Source: Ptychomitrium polyphyllum (lineage: Eukaryota). Taken from it: 64,000 nt of DNA. The translations under genes were made by a program, and so were the position numbers. The notes beneath the pieces were generated by a model. The model was not told the origin of the DNA and made no database searches. It saw only the letters and a program-made list of their open reading frames with translations. The stretch spans positions 15,996,001 through 16,060,000 of the forward strand of contig OZ316775.1 of the NCBI GenBank assembly GCA_973851085.1. Direction: 5' to 3'. Shown here piece by piece: positions 25,401 to 39,365 of this stretch. The stretch's first letter is position 1. The number at the start of each line of letters is the position of its first letter.

Positions 25401-28400
25401 GTGCAGACTCACCTGCAAAAACGAAGCATATGTATCGCCACAGTAGATATTAGAACCAATCAAAGTAGTATTCGCAATAGTATGAAGAACTCATTTGAAC
25501 AGATATGGATTGTAGAGACGTAGAAACTCATTATACCTGATGAAAGCCGCACTTGGCTAACTTCTGAATAAAAATCGCCCACTTGCCCGAGAGAGAAGAC
25601 GGGAATTTCGAGTCTGTCAGACCACCTGTGCAGTTCACAATGGAACTGAGCCTCCTCAATATCTGAACACGACTCTCCGGCCATGTCTTCTACATTCGAA
25701 GCTCGTCGTGATCCATCCATTTCTCGTTCACTCCATGATATAGAAGGTGAGGATGACAGCACGATGTTCATTGAAGGCGAAATAGCAGGGGAAGGCCATC
25801 CATTCATCTCTCCTCCTGACAAAAATATCCTAAGACCTGAATCTCTTTCCGTGGTTGGAGGTGAAATCAAAGGTTCTCTTGCTCGCAAAGGTCGAGGCAT
25901 TTCCTGAAAGATATCACTTAAGCCAGTGCCTAAGCGATGAAAGGCAGGTTGTAATTCTTTATAGTCTGTGTTCAGGTCTTTAGCAGAGCTCACTTCTATA
26001 GATAAATCATCAGCCCTATGACAGGCATTGAATACGCTAAACCAACTTTCCTCACTCAAAATTGGAGATGAGGGCGATGAAACCGCCTGCATACGTAGGC
26101 TGCCTAGACACAGCACATCCGAAGATGGGCAATCCGGTGATGCGTGTGCCAATGCACTATCCATGTCCATAAATAGTGGGGAACTTATCTCTGGATCTCG
26201 CCGGCCAACCTCTTCGTTTACAAGAACGGGCTTACCAAACTGTCCCCATGTTGAAGTGTCAGAGGTCCCAAATTTAAGATGATCTCTACAGTGATAACTG
26301 CCAGCCATATCTCCTCCAGCAGATTCGCCGATATCGATAAATCCATCCTCCCTGACTCTATTACTGCCCAGCTGTGGCACGGATTCGGAATCAGCTTGCA
26401 ACGAGGATGCAATGATGTCGCCATCAACTGTTTGGATGCGAGCCCGCTTACTCTTTGACTCCATTTCTAAGCTTGACTCCTTGGCACGGTCACTTCTACA
26501 TCCGAATTTTCGCTTCCCACTTGCCTGTGGTGCTGTTTCCACCAGCAACATTAGAACCACCACGTTATCTAGAGAACCTTTCTATACAAAGATAGGGAAA
26601 TAATTTTGTTGATAAATTCCATGCAAGTGAAATGGCAACGAGAACATGTCGTAATCCAATTCATCATAGCCCACCTTGTCTTTTCCCCGCTTCATCTCCC
26701 CAACTTGCCCAGAGCACTTTTTCTAAGAACGTCATTACAGAAGCCCAGTCCTGCTCAGCGACAGTGTTAAATCAGCTCGGAGACCACCACACAAAGTAAC
26801 TCATAAACATTCCCTGTTGTCAATAATGCAGCAAATCGATGAAACGCGTGGGGAAATTGAAGAACCTTAAATTCCACATAAGTCTTCGTTGCTTCAAAGG
26901 TTATGTCGTATTCAGACAGCTGGCAGCTCAAGTTCAAGACAAATGCAGGATATGCCCGTTTCCCCAAATATGTGTCCAGCTTCTCGATCCTTTTTGATCC
27001 TGAACTGCCTGTATGTGCGTTGCTTTTTCCCCAACGATTCAAGAGTTTATGAAGAGGTGTTTTATGGACAAATCGGTGGTTGATATCTGTGAGGTCGTTA
27101 AAGATAATTGGCGACTGACATAAGATTCTCAAAGGAAATTTAGAATCATCATTCAAGTCCAATGCATCTATCACTAAGCTGGCATCTCCCTTGTCACATT
27201 CTGTCATATTAAGCAAGTTTGGAAAATAAAATGTTTATCTTAACCAACATAACAGGTTCCATGGATACACAGATATTGTATTGCCTGCAAACGACAAGCC
27301 AGAGTATCAGTATCACAGCCATGGAACCAACAATCAAGCGAAACTTCAAGGAATAAGTTGTAAAGGCCTTGAACATGAGAGGGATCTGTAAAAAACCTTC
27401 GAAGAGGTGTAGGTGTGAGTACTGGAGAGGAAACCAGAAAGCCTTAGCCTTCCTTTAGCAAAATCAACTTCCTTCAGTCCCTGACAAAGCTCGCAACCAA
27501 AGACATCTTGGATAGTACCGTACAAGGACGTGTGCTGGCGAATGTGCAACTCTTCCTCCACCCTGAATACAACTAGCTCGAACCCGTTAAGTATGTCCAT
27601 AGAGTGACTTCAGTGTTCCGTGATATAATTTTCGAAACAGCTCAAATTGAAATTCCATTATCTTGTGGATTGCAGCCAGTTGTCTCTCACTCATATTGTC
27701 AAACCTCTCGATGTGTACAAACCAGAGAAGTAATCCCACTTACCTCTGTAAGTCTATTAAGATGAAAGACACATCCGAATGAGCCAGAGCCAAGCGCACG
27801 ATTCGCTCCTTTACGGACTGCAGTAATTTCCGAGAGCTGCATAAAGACAGAATACCAGCAAAAGTGAACATGGTCTTCTGACTTCAAATAAAACACAGCT
27901 GTCTAATTTCATTGCGTTCTTCTTTATACAATATGTTGATCGTACATCTGTTCAAAAGTGAATGGGCAGCATCGTACGAATAAGACAGAATTGACATCAT
28001 CCGGAAGTTGATACCTGTGGAAAAGATTGGACTGACCTCGAATGAAACAGTCTTCTTCGAACGGGTTGATTGTAGAATATATCTCGCATAGTGACTGGAA
28101 ACAAAGACCGGAGACCAATCATGATCGCACAATAAATGAAACATATCTGCCAAGCGAAGCTGCTCTATCATAAGGGGAATCGCACGCCAAGGATTCAGGA
28201 AGAAAAGAAGAAGAAAAAGTCATGACGGACCTGTTGTGCCTTTTGCTCGTTGCTGACTAGCAAGGCCCAGAGAAACAGTACTGCTGCCCTGTCAGTCATT
28301 ACCGATCTAGACAATTGATGAAAAGCTATATCGAGGGCAAGAACAATTGGTATGTTTGTGCTCAGAATCCAAGCTTAAACGCACTCAGGTGGAGCTTGTT

Positions 28401-29417
28401 AAACTTAAATGGACTCAGTCAATTGCGCAAATCTACGCAAAACTGCAAAACATACTAACATAAGCAATAAAGCTTTGAGAAGTTTACCTTCATTATTTTA
28501 CAGTAAGTATGAGGACAGCCTCGCACTCTGGAGATAATTTCTAAGATAGAAATGTCCGATAGTGAACTGAGAGCCTCTCCACGAAACCCCAAAGTTTGAA
28601 CTCCCGCTTCCAGCTCGTCTAACGTCCGCAGTTTCGAAGTTGCTGCACTTTCACGCAACAATGTAATCAATGTCAAAATTCTTTCCAAAACAATTCTAGT
28701 ATCGAGTATTGAATGTAAGAACATCAAAATATCATAGTAGCCCATAACGATATACTGAAAGAGTAAAAACTTCGAAGCTTGCTACGCTGGACATAAAAAA
28801 TTGGAAAAAAATGTCAAGCATTACCATGCCTCAAACCGACGAGTTCCAAATCGTCTCGTGACATGCCGTGCCCTGCACCCAACCACATCGAGGCATCATC
28901 CACGATCGCTATCAATGGTCTTAAACAAGGGTTGACGAACTGCACCACCAACCTCAAACACAAGAACCATGCCAATAAACAAATGGTAAATGCTGCTGCA
29001 GCGAAAGAAGATTCACAACATCAAATGCCGACTAATACAGTTGCAGAGTCTAGAAAACAATCGAGGATACTCACCATCGTCCTCCACTTTCACAAACGCA
29101 GCTCCTCCATCGAACAGAACACGCACCTGCAAAACCCAACCACGGAGTCACTCCCTGCCACCTCAATTACACCACAACTTATCTCAAGTGCCATGAAGTC
29201 CTCCTCGCAATCAAATCTGAAGCCCCAAACCCCAGCAAAAGCTACAGAAACAGCAGAACATCGAAAGTGACTCATACCGTGCGTAAAGTACCTGGGTAGC
29301 GCCAGCATCCAAGCTGTTGCAAACAAGCTCCTCGACAGCTTGCTCAAAACTTGTCACGACGATGTTGGATCGCAAGTTGCTAACCACCGTACTCGAGAGA
29401 CGCCCAATCCGCCCCAT
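22445..29417 (-). CDS. MLH3: DNA mismatch repair / meiotic crossover protein MutL homolog 3, multi-exon
   Basis: GHKL ATPase motifs VEELVCNSLDAGAT, VEDDGHGM, ATSKL, LGFRGEALSS and RDIFYNQPVRR. Long low-complexity linker exon at about 25.5-26.6 kb. Endonuclease motif DQ|HAADERVQLE, then SCRGAIMFGD and CFQCAHGRPT. Confidence 0.93.
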
Positions 29418-30257
29418 CTGTTTCGCCCTCGCTCCCCTGCAACGCAATTCTCTTCAAAGCTCCTCACATCCTCTTCTTATCCCCTGTCGCCGTACCCTCA
29501 CCATCACCTAAAGACCTAATCCTCTACTCTTAATCACCAAACGACTCTCATCACCACCATCACAGAATACCGCATCCCATCGTCCCAACAACATCTTCGT
29601 CACCCAAATGAAATCAAGCACACGCGACGGTTCGCATTCTCGTCTCCTTTGCAAATCACATAGCACTCATGCAAATACGGCGCTTCGCATTGATGTCTTG
29701 ATCGACTACGTGTCTCTAACACGGTTAAGTCATGGACATCATGTGGAACCGTTCCGACGTTTCAACCGCATGGATTCGGAATCGTTCGAATTCGACAATG
29801 CAAACTTTGCGAGGATTCTAGGAAGATTTCGGAGAGGCAGAGGAACACCCCTGATGCACATATTGAACAGAGTTCAGATCCGGATATGGGGAAGCTGCAT
29901 CCGGATATCAGACTCATTCATCCACACTTCGCTACAGACGGCGCTGCTTAAACCCTCAGTGATGCTTCGGCGACGTCACGTGAGAGAGAGAGCTAGGGAG
30001 AGCTCCGCTGCGTGGACCCAGCTGAAGAAATCTTGGCGCCAGTCAATCAGAGTGCCGTTGTTGATCAATGTCGTGCAACATGGAAGTTGCTGTGTATTGT
30101 GTGCATCTCGGTGACGGCAAGCGGAGTGGAGAGAATCTGATAAAACCCGTTTCCATCTAGGAGTGTCTCTGGATTTTCATTTCGCCTGTATCTGAGTTTT
30201 AGGGGTTTTAGGGAGGTTTTTGTGTTTTTGGCAACTTGGGGCTGCGGGCGCGCAATC

Positions 30258-33200
30258 ATGCCAGCTAGTGGGGGCAAGGCACCATGGAAGTCGGGGAAGA
30301 AGGCGCTCAAGGCCAAAGGAGTTGGCATCGACTTCAAGGTGCGCTAGCAACCCCCGTTTCAATCTACTTCGGAATCGGCTAGAAATTGTTCCCCCATCCT
30401 GGATTGAGGGTTTAGATTTTTTTATCTTGGAAAGGCATCTCTAGGTTTTGCATGGAGTTGGGGGATTGGATGTCTGAGTTCTTTGCGGGACGAGCTGAAC
30501 TGAGGAGTTCAAAGATATGAAGCTCAATTGGTTTGGTTTTTAGCGATTAACTCGCTCCGAGGGAGTGCGAGAATGCTGAAAGATGCGTTTGAGACTTGTT
30601 ATTTTTTTTATTTGCAGAGAGTGAAATCAAAAGTGGGGAGGAAGCTGCCTCCGCCTTCAAATGCCACTAAAACAGACTTCAAGTCGAAAGGTTTGCATCC
30701 ACCACGAGAAATGTTGGTTGGCTGGGTTGAGTTACTCTTCTTTTCATGCATTTTCTTGTTGCGGGAGTTGTTGCTGAACACTGGAATTGGTGATGCAGCT
30801 ATTGTGATACCCGGCCAGAGTGTAGCGGCTGATAAGGATGGGGTTGCTGTCAATCAACGGAAGCAAACTCTGAAGGAACTTCTCACGCAGAGTATGCATT
30901 ATAGTGAGAAGGTCCGCAAAGGTACACGCCTAGACTCATGTCGTGATTTATGATGTCTTGTTACATTTCCTCAGATATTCGGCATTTACATACCGGATTC
31001 ATGCCTTCTGTGTTGCAGATGCATTGATGGGATTGAAGGATCTCTTTGCTCGCTTTCCGACAGAGCTGCCGATGCATGCCATGGCAATCGTAGAAAAACT
31101 TTCTCCTCGAATCACCGACTATGACAAAGCAGTCCGTCAAACTCTTCTGCTGCTTCTGAGGACAACGATTTTGCCAGGCCTACCTCAGGTTTCTTCTCAG
31201 AACTACCTACATGCTGGGTTACAGGGTTTAGGGTTTACATTATGCTTGAATGATGTTGTGCTCCACAACCCAACAATGGTGGTGCGTAATCTAAAGCATC
31301 GCTTGTTGTGTAGGGGATGATGGCACCTCTTGTTCCTGGGTTGATGGCTCATGTGAGCAGCGCAATGACCCATTTGGTGATGGATGTACGAGCGTCTGCA
31401 TGTTCCTTCCTGGACCTTCTTGTTCAGCATTATCCAGACCTCGTGGTGTCATCCTTTTCAGGACAGGTCGAATTTCTTACCGAGTACGCTCAATGTTCCC
31501 TTGCCACTCTTGTATCCTAGAAGTACTTTACTGAGGCTTGCATTCATTTGAGTTGTTATATGGCAGTTGTTTGCGCTTCAGTGTCTTATTTCAATGTATA
31601 TTGGTTCTACATTGCATAGTTTTTAGTGTTTGATGTTGCTATTTACGGATCCAGATCATGCGACATTACGTGGACCTACTTGGAAAGGGAGGTGTAAGTG
31701 GCCAGGCTGTGAATCGAGTAGGAGATGTGCTTAGCAGTCTCGTTAATTTCTTGACATCGTTGAAAACGACTTTGTCAACACGGCCTTCAAGTGCAGCCAT
31801 CAATGGAACTCAAACCCACTGCTGGGGTCAGAAGTATTCTACAACTAAACAGGTCAGTGTGCAGGTCAGATACTATCATCTTTTACCTTTTACTTGCACG
31901 CAAACCTGACTTTAGTATACCGCACCCACTCAAAACGAATGCTTTGAAGTAGCGTGTTATCAATCCCCAGTGGTTTCTGACTTTTTGGATAACATATGTT
32001 ACAGGAGGGAACGACTGAATTGCGTTCTTTGCATGGACATAATAGTCGAAGATCAGAAGGGCACTTGAGGTTTCAAGGAAGGCGTGTTGAGCATGGATTT
32101 GAATCTGGTCAGGGTATAGATGGTCACGCTATGGGCACTGGTAAGTCGTGTAGAAGGTTTCTTTTGACAAGGCATCTGGTTTGTATTGCAAGTTGGACCA
32201 TATTACATTTGCTCATGTTTTTAATGTAATATGTGATTGCTAGTGGATGTCTATCATACAGCACAATGTGGGTCTGTTGGAGATTCCGTTGGTAATAGTA
32301 CATTATGGCAGGGGCGGGACAGCAAACTGGTGTGGTATCCAAGAGGATACTAAATACAGGTAACCACACGATTATATTGTGGACCATTTTCTGTGATGAC
32401 TACTTTAAATGAACCAAGTGCTATTATAAGCGTGAGAATTTAAATCTGTCAGATGTCGTCTTGATGAAATATTTCCACGCCTGTTGGAATCGGTGCTTAA
32501 ATTTGGTTTGTTTGGTGCTACTGATGGTTGTGCTGCCATATGTTTAGAACATATGTTTGGCATAAGATGATATTTATTTTCGGAATAATGTGAGATCGGA
32601 CGGTACTATGAGCTCCTTGTGTCCATTGGAAGAGTCATGATCTGCAAACAGCATTGTAATCGTCGTTCCACACTGAAGTTAATGGGTCATTGAACTATGA
32701 GTTCATGATAAAATTGTTATTAACTAAATCAAGTTTATTTAATCGTTTTGAGTTGTAATATAGCTAATTATAGCCGAATGACCATGCTGTAGAAGTAGCA
32801 GGAACATGCACTTTTAGCACCGCTTAATAGCAGACTAACAAGCTGGACGTCAGATTGTTTTTTTGGAGTTGACTCAGAAAACTGTTCTAAGGAGAACTAA
32901 TGAGTCTGGTGTGGTGTAACCTCCAGGAGTCCAGGGACAAGTGATCGTAATGGCAGCACCTCTTGTTCCAGTGTTAATAGATTGCTGGGCTGATTGTGCA
33001 CCAACAGTTTGTGCTGGCCCCATGCCTGATGCTGTTAATCTTAGCTGCATGGTGTCCATCACGCAAGCTCTCTCCCTTCTATTTCAATGTTTCAGCCTTG
33101 AGGGCTCTACACGTGGTTCGCACAAATCAAACTTTTCGTCCTATTTTGTGATTGGTGAAGAGGACTGGGAGATGCGTGTTTGGATGAGGCAGCAATTTTT

Positions 33201-36200
33201 GTCAGGTTTGCAAAAGCATGTTTTAGCAGCCTTTCCGGTCGCTGCACCTTCCATACGGCTACCGTCTAAGGTCTACATCATATTCCTCATTAACCTGGAT
33301 GTCATTATTGACCGAAGCTCTATTTCTTTTTTATTCCTACATCTAATGTTTCCAAACTGATGGTAACCTTTTTATTAAATAGTGGAAATTTCCAATGTTT
33401 CCAGGTGGAGAACGATTTGATAGCTTTAAATGTGGGAATATGTGAGGCGATGCTGCATTTGATTGTCCCTCTACACAAGGAAACAGAAAACAAAATTGAG
33501 CATTATTCCACTGTTGTGACTCTCCAATATTATGAAAGTGCTCTGTATGGAATGGTATGTCCCCGCAACTTTAAACTTTTCTTATATGTATCAAAAACAA
33601 AAAAACAAAAAAGAAAGAGAAATCAAAAATACATCTTACTTAGTTTTACTCTCGTTCTGGTGAGCTTCGTGATTTTACACAAGTAGATTTTACACCTATC
33701 CTTTCAGATGCTAAGCAAAAATTTCTGAATATTATATGTTGGTCCTCTTAAAAACAGCTTTGTGTATAAAGAGTGTAGTTGCTCTGCAACATCAGGAACA
33801 GACGAGTTATTTGTCTGTATGAACTTCAAGTAAAGTTGTGGGTTTGCAGATGCTGCCATCATCAGAAATGGCTGCAGGAGTGGTGGACAGCAAGCTTGCT
33901 GAGCCTTATTTTAAGCTGCTCATAAGTCATCTGCCTATCTTACTTTCGTGTGTCACTAGTGATTGGGTTATTAGGTTATTACAGGTATGCAATTTTGAGC
34001 CTTGCAACAATTGCAGCATGAATGACATTTTTCCAATTTGCGCTTTACTTCTTTTAGATGGATGACTTTTGTTGGATAAGCTTTTCTGTGTGGCAGGCCC
34101 GAGGCAAGGTATATAGGGGCATATGCTGGTTTTATTTATGCTCAAGTCTTTGTGTGCAGGCTTTCACTAAAGTATTGGACTCAAGCAAAGCTCACTCTGC
34201 TATCAAGCTTTCTTGCTTATCAGCAATGGCTGAGATTCTGTTGTCGGTAAGGAGCTCTTTAATTTTGCATCTTATTTTGGAGTTTTTTTCAGCGTACTGC
34301 AATTTTGAGTGCGAAGATTGTATGTTCTAATCACTCTGCAAATATATCGCCAGCTAAAGTATACGACAAAAATGATGTGTTCTAATCTCAAGTATGTTTA
34401 GACATCATTATCGGTAAGTACGCTTGTGCCTTTTGCAGCAAGGTGATGGAGGAAAAGTTGATGTACCTCTTCAATTTCAGAAGCAGTGGATGCAAGCCCT
34501 CCCACGTCTCCTATGGGAGCTTAAACACACCCATGTATCTGTTACTCAGGTTCGATTTATTACTGCATGCTTGTTGATCTTAGACTTGGTTCTGGCTGCT
34601 ATGGCAACTTTGCTTATCGTACTTAAGCTGGAGTATATTGATGCGGTGTGGAGTAGGAGTTGTATTCTGATCTATCTGTTCAGTGGCAGGAACATGCGTT
34701 GGTTCTCACTTGTTTATAACGTCTGTAAGTCATTAATGTGGGAGCTTGAGTGTGCCTTGGCACTTGGTGCTGATAATTTGTTTGTTCGTTCTTTTTCAGG
34801 CTGTATTGCAAATGCTGTTACACATAGGACGGTCTGCACCAGAAGGTTCCACGCTATCTGAAGAATACGCGGCACTGCAGCTTCATCTAATACCTTTCTT
34901 CTGCACATTTTTAGCTTCTAATAAAACTGAAGGTCAATGACCGTGCTCTGCAAAATCTTCTTGTTTGGACATGACTTCTAGAAATTGACTTCAAATGAAT
35001 TTATTCAGCTCCTTGCTGTGGTCAATTGAGACTGATCCTATAAGTGGTTCGCCTTCCTAAACTTTTGGAATGTGCGTTTGCAGGGAGACATTTGTTTGGA
35101 CCATTTGTCAAACTTCCAAGGGAATGTCAAGAACTTGCGGTTGATATAATATTTTATTGGAGGAACTTCTCAAGCTCATTCTTAAAAGCAATAGCACATT
35201 GTTGTGTCTGTAAGAGCTTATCACCTTGCAGTCATCAATGTTTCTTATTCAGATTGAACGCATGAGAGCTTTTTACGTTTTTTTTGTTACGTTTTGGTTT
35301 TCTTCAGCATGTGTCTACTTCTCCACTCTCTTGTTCACTGTCTCAGTACTGCTGGTTAGAACTGTGTTTCCCCTTCGTGGAATATGTGACAACTTGGTAG
35401 CTGATTTGATGATACGGCTTCACATTTTCATGTCTGCAATATGATACACATCTTCTGATCTTCTTTAATGCCCTGGTAGAGTTTTAGCTCATCCCTATTT
35501 TTTTGGCAGCGGATGAAGTGAGCTTAGAGGTGTCAACACGAGCCGTTGAAGTATTTCAAAATGTTTTTACGCGGGGCTCCTCAGGACTTGCCGAACATTT
35601 AAGTTTTCTAGTGACACTACTTGCAGGCCATACTACAGCTCAAGGTTTTGTTTACTATTTTTATTTCTGATGTTTTAATTTCTTGGACTGGCTGTTTGAT
35701 GCCTTGAAAGAGGGCATTCCTCAAAGTGAAGTATAGGGAAGTCCGTATCTCAATATCTTACACACTTGTATTTATACGAGCAGCTGGGAGAGAGGCACTG
35801 GCTGGAGTTTCATCTTCCAAAACCCGAATCAAGTCAATCAGTACAAGTGGAAATCCAGGAGAAACTACTATAAGGAAAAAGATAGCGCTCGCTGGGGTTG
35901 TTTGCAGTAGTCTTACCCAACTTGGAGATTGCAACCTTGTGCTAAATTTTCTTGGTCCATCAATCCAGCAAGAACTCGTAAGTTCAGAGACATGGGTGCG
36001 TGTTATGCTTTGTGCTCATTGCCACATTCTGTTGAGTTGTTATTTGTGTTATTCTTACTTGTAGATAGGTGAGTCAAAAAACTCTACTCGTCAATTGTAA
36101 AAGGACTGGATTCACTATCATGCTCTTTTGCAGGTGAGATTCCCTTCCTTGTGCTCTGTGCACAGCTTCCTTTGTGCAGTTGTTGTGCTAAGCACAGATA

Positions 36201-37106
36201 AAAGAAGTGACTCATCTGATTTACCAGAAGCCTTGCAAAACATTTTACCACAATGTGTGGCCGAGTTCCTCATCGCTTTATTCAAGGTCGGCATTGAATC
36301 AGCTTCTGGTGTTACCTTCTTTACAGCTTTATTCTTTTTCGGAATGAAATGAATTAAAAAAGCAGTCTTATATTAAGGCCCTTTGTGACGACTGCCTGCA
36401 GTGTGAAAGCGCGGCTGGAGGTGACGATTATTCAACTGTTCTCTATCGGCCATGTTTCATACTCCTCTCTAGAAGTCAAGATTTTACTGATGCGGTATTA
36501 AATATTGTTCAGTCGTTCCTACGCGAAGGTAGTAGCTTTACTTGATAATTCAGAGCTTTTAGTTAGCACTGTGTACATCAGAACTAGCTTGGGTGCACTG
36601 CAAGTCAATGGCCGCTTTTGATTGTACGAAGGCTAGACAGGTATCTTGATCGGAATCTAGGCATTGTGGTAACGAAGTTGTGATTGCATGCAGTTTCACA
36701 CGTGTTAACTGGAGATTTGCTGGAAGATACGTGTGCTACTGCCCAAATGCTTCTACTAATTTGCAAGCAAGAGAAATTGTCGAGAGTGCTCTCCAGCTCA
36801 AAGGATTCTCTGAAAGCAATTCTAGTGACTTTACAGGTGAGATGTTAAACACCTTGTTCCAGTTTAATCAATTCTCTTGTGCTCACAGGAATTGTAGCAT
36901 CAAATAATTTTTTAGTCTTCGAATGACAAAAAGTGAAAAGCCACAACGGGGTGGTTTTTTAAGCCCAGTGTTCTTTCTCATGGTCTAATTGCGTCTACTA
37001 ACTGATGTGAACTGGGTGGTTGGGACAGGTACATGCCGCAGAGGACCAAAGCGAGAAGTTGAGGGTATTGTGTAGTCAGCTGGACATAATTGTGGCTGCA
37101 CTTTAA
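30258..37106 (+). CDS. IPI1: Pre-rRNA-processing Rix1-complex component IPI1/TEX10-like, multi-exon ARM-type protein
   Basis: GIDFK|RVKSKVGRKLPPPSNATKTDFKSK|AIVIPGQS...LKELLTQSMHYSEKVRK|DALMGLKDL...VSSAMTHLVMDVR, later LFGPFVKLPRECQEL. The last exon 37029-37106 is inferred from splice sites. Confidence 0.85.
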
Positions 37107-38405
37107 GCAGTTGATTGTTATTACGTTCTTACAACATGGGATCGCTCAAAGCCATCCATAGGAACAGGTTGATCTGTTAGAACCTCTACTATATATCCGA
37201 AACTCCTCTTGGTGAACATACTGCTAGCTTCAGGTAGATTATTGCGGTAACCTTCAGGTGGCCATGATAGAGTTCCTGAGGATGCACATGCTTATTGAGT
37301 CCTTAGGATATCTATTGAAGTGATCCCTTCCCCACGTCTGACTACATACACCAGCAGTTGTTTTCTGCTGAAGATGTGCGAATCTAGGCAGATTGTTTAG
37401 GACAAAGGCAAGTCATCATTTTGGGAATCAGGTTTGAACCCAGGTTTAGTACATCTTGCCACCTTGGGAAGAGGTGATAACTATGGTGCTAAGCTAAAAT
37501 TCCTACAGCTCTGGACCAAGCTAGCCAAGGTACATTCTATTTTCACACATGATATGGAGCATGTGACATGAATACTATTTTATTGATGCCCAGGTTTCAT
37601 CATTGTCTTTTGTAGTTTTTGTAGTTTGGTACAGTGTCACTCTCATTACTTGGTGCAAATGATGTACTCTATTCTAGAAGACCTATTTCACACAACTTAA
37701 TGAAATACCAACGCACTATTATTTTAAGGTAAGAAAATCAGTTTACAACAAGAAGCTTTCACTCCAAACATCAACTTTCTAAACGTTTTGTGCATTTAAA
37801 ATGGTTTATGAATCCTAATGCTTTGAATTGCATGTTAATACTCTAATTCATTGCTCTTATTGCAATACAAATTTTTATACCTTTTTTCTACATGTCCATA
37901 TTTCATGCATTTAGACATGTATATGAAACTCACTTTTAAGTAATAACATTTCATACAGATCTTTATACAATTCATTCTTTTAAATGACCATACACTCTTT
38001 ATCATTTTTATGTTCATGCAAATCAATCATTGACTTCTATAAATGCATTTAATTGTCCATTTCTTACAAGTTATTCCAAATGAAAATTTCATTAGCTTTT
38101 TTTTTTTTATTAATTATTTTTTTATTAATACTTACTGTAAATAATAATATATTAAATACAATATCTATTCAATGCAACCAAAGCAACATGTTTAAATGAA
38201 AGCTTACAACCAATTCATAAGCACTCCAAGCTCCTTAATTCAACAATTCATTTATAAAATACAAATTCAAATACCAATAAGCATTTAGGGTTTAGGATTT
38301 AACATTTAGCACTTAGGATTTTCGGTTTATTTTCTTCAATTCATCGCTATTTAAAATTATTATTTAAAATTATTAATTGTAGAAATTTTTTTAGATTTTC
38401 TTCTT

Positions 38406-38407
<2 letters not shown>

Positions 38408-38463
<56 letters not shown>
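38408..38463. repeat. (AT)n microsatellite
   Basis: Perfect AT dinucleotide run of about 56 bp. Confidence 0.97.
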
Positions 38464-38467
<4 letters not shown>

Positions 38468-39097
38468 ATTTTGGCCATTTTATAATCTTTTGAATTCACT
38501 ATGAAAGAACTAATTAAAAATGAAATCATAAAAGTATAAAAACAAAGTATTTTTCTATTTACAAAAACAAATGTAATATATGATCTTAAAATAAAAGTAT
38601 GTGACATAAGAAAAAATACATTTTCTCATGTTCTTGCTTTACATGTTTTATAACAAATTATGAATTGAATTTAATAATATTTTTTGAAAATTAAAACTTT
38701 AAGCTTATTTTTTAAATACAAATTTGAGTACTTCACTTCCTTTTAAATTTTATGATATAGAAGAATGATTTACATTAATATAAGATTCAAGTTATTTTAT
38801 TCATAAAAATTGCTACAATTTTAAGGTTAATGGCTCCTAAATATAATATCTTAAAATTAAAAGTATCAATATCTATATTGATATTCTATTCCACATTCAT
38901 GTATTATTCTTCATCAAAACTTAATCCTTTTTGTTATCATTTGCTTCACTCTTTTCCTATTTATTGTCTTTTCTATTATTTATAATAACTTTATCTTTTA
39001 TTGGCATGATTTCAAATAGCTTTCTTTAGCTCAATAATAAATTGGAATAAAAAAATAAAATAACATGGTCACTATATGGATATCTAATTCCATCATT

Positions 39098-39365
39098 TGT
39101 CACAAACATACAAATTTTGGATATAGATGGAAGAACCTTTCTCAAATTCTAGCACCTTTTATATATCCAATACCATTAAAAGTTCTAAGAGCCTTTTATA
39201 AATTCAAGAATGTTTTAAAGACCTAAGAAACATTTAATTGAAGGTTTTTTAAGACTTTTACTTTATAATAATATAAAAATATTTTTATGTCATAATATAA
39301 TGTGATTATATAAATAAGAAATAAGGTGAAGTACACTTTAATCTTGCTAATACAAGTTGTAGAGC
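39098..39365 (+). mobile_element. Degenerate LTR-like element, copy A
   Basis: Begins TGTCACAAACATACA...GAAGAACCTT and ends GTACACTTTAATCTTGCTAATACA|AGTTGTAGAGC. Both ends resemble 55194-55462. Confidence 0.4.

Noticed and set aside
25460..26563. 367-aa ORF as a standalone gene
   Set aside because: It is the large linker exon of MLH3.
38347..38607. ORF with an IYIYIY run
   Set aside because: Translation of the (AT)n microsatellite.
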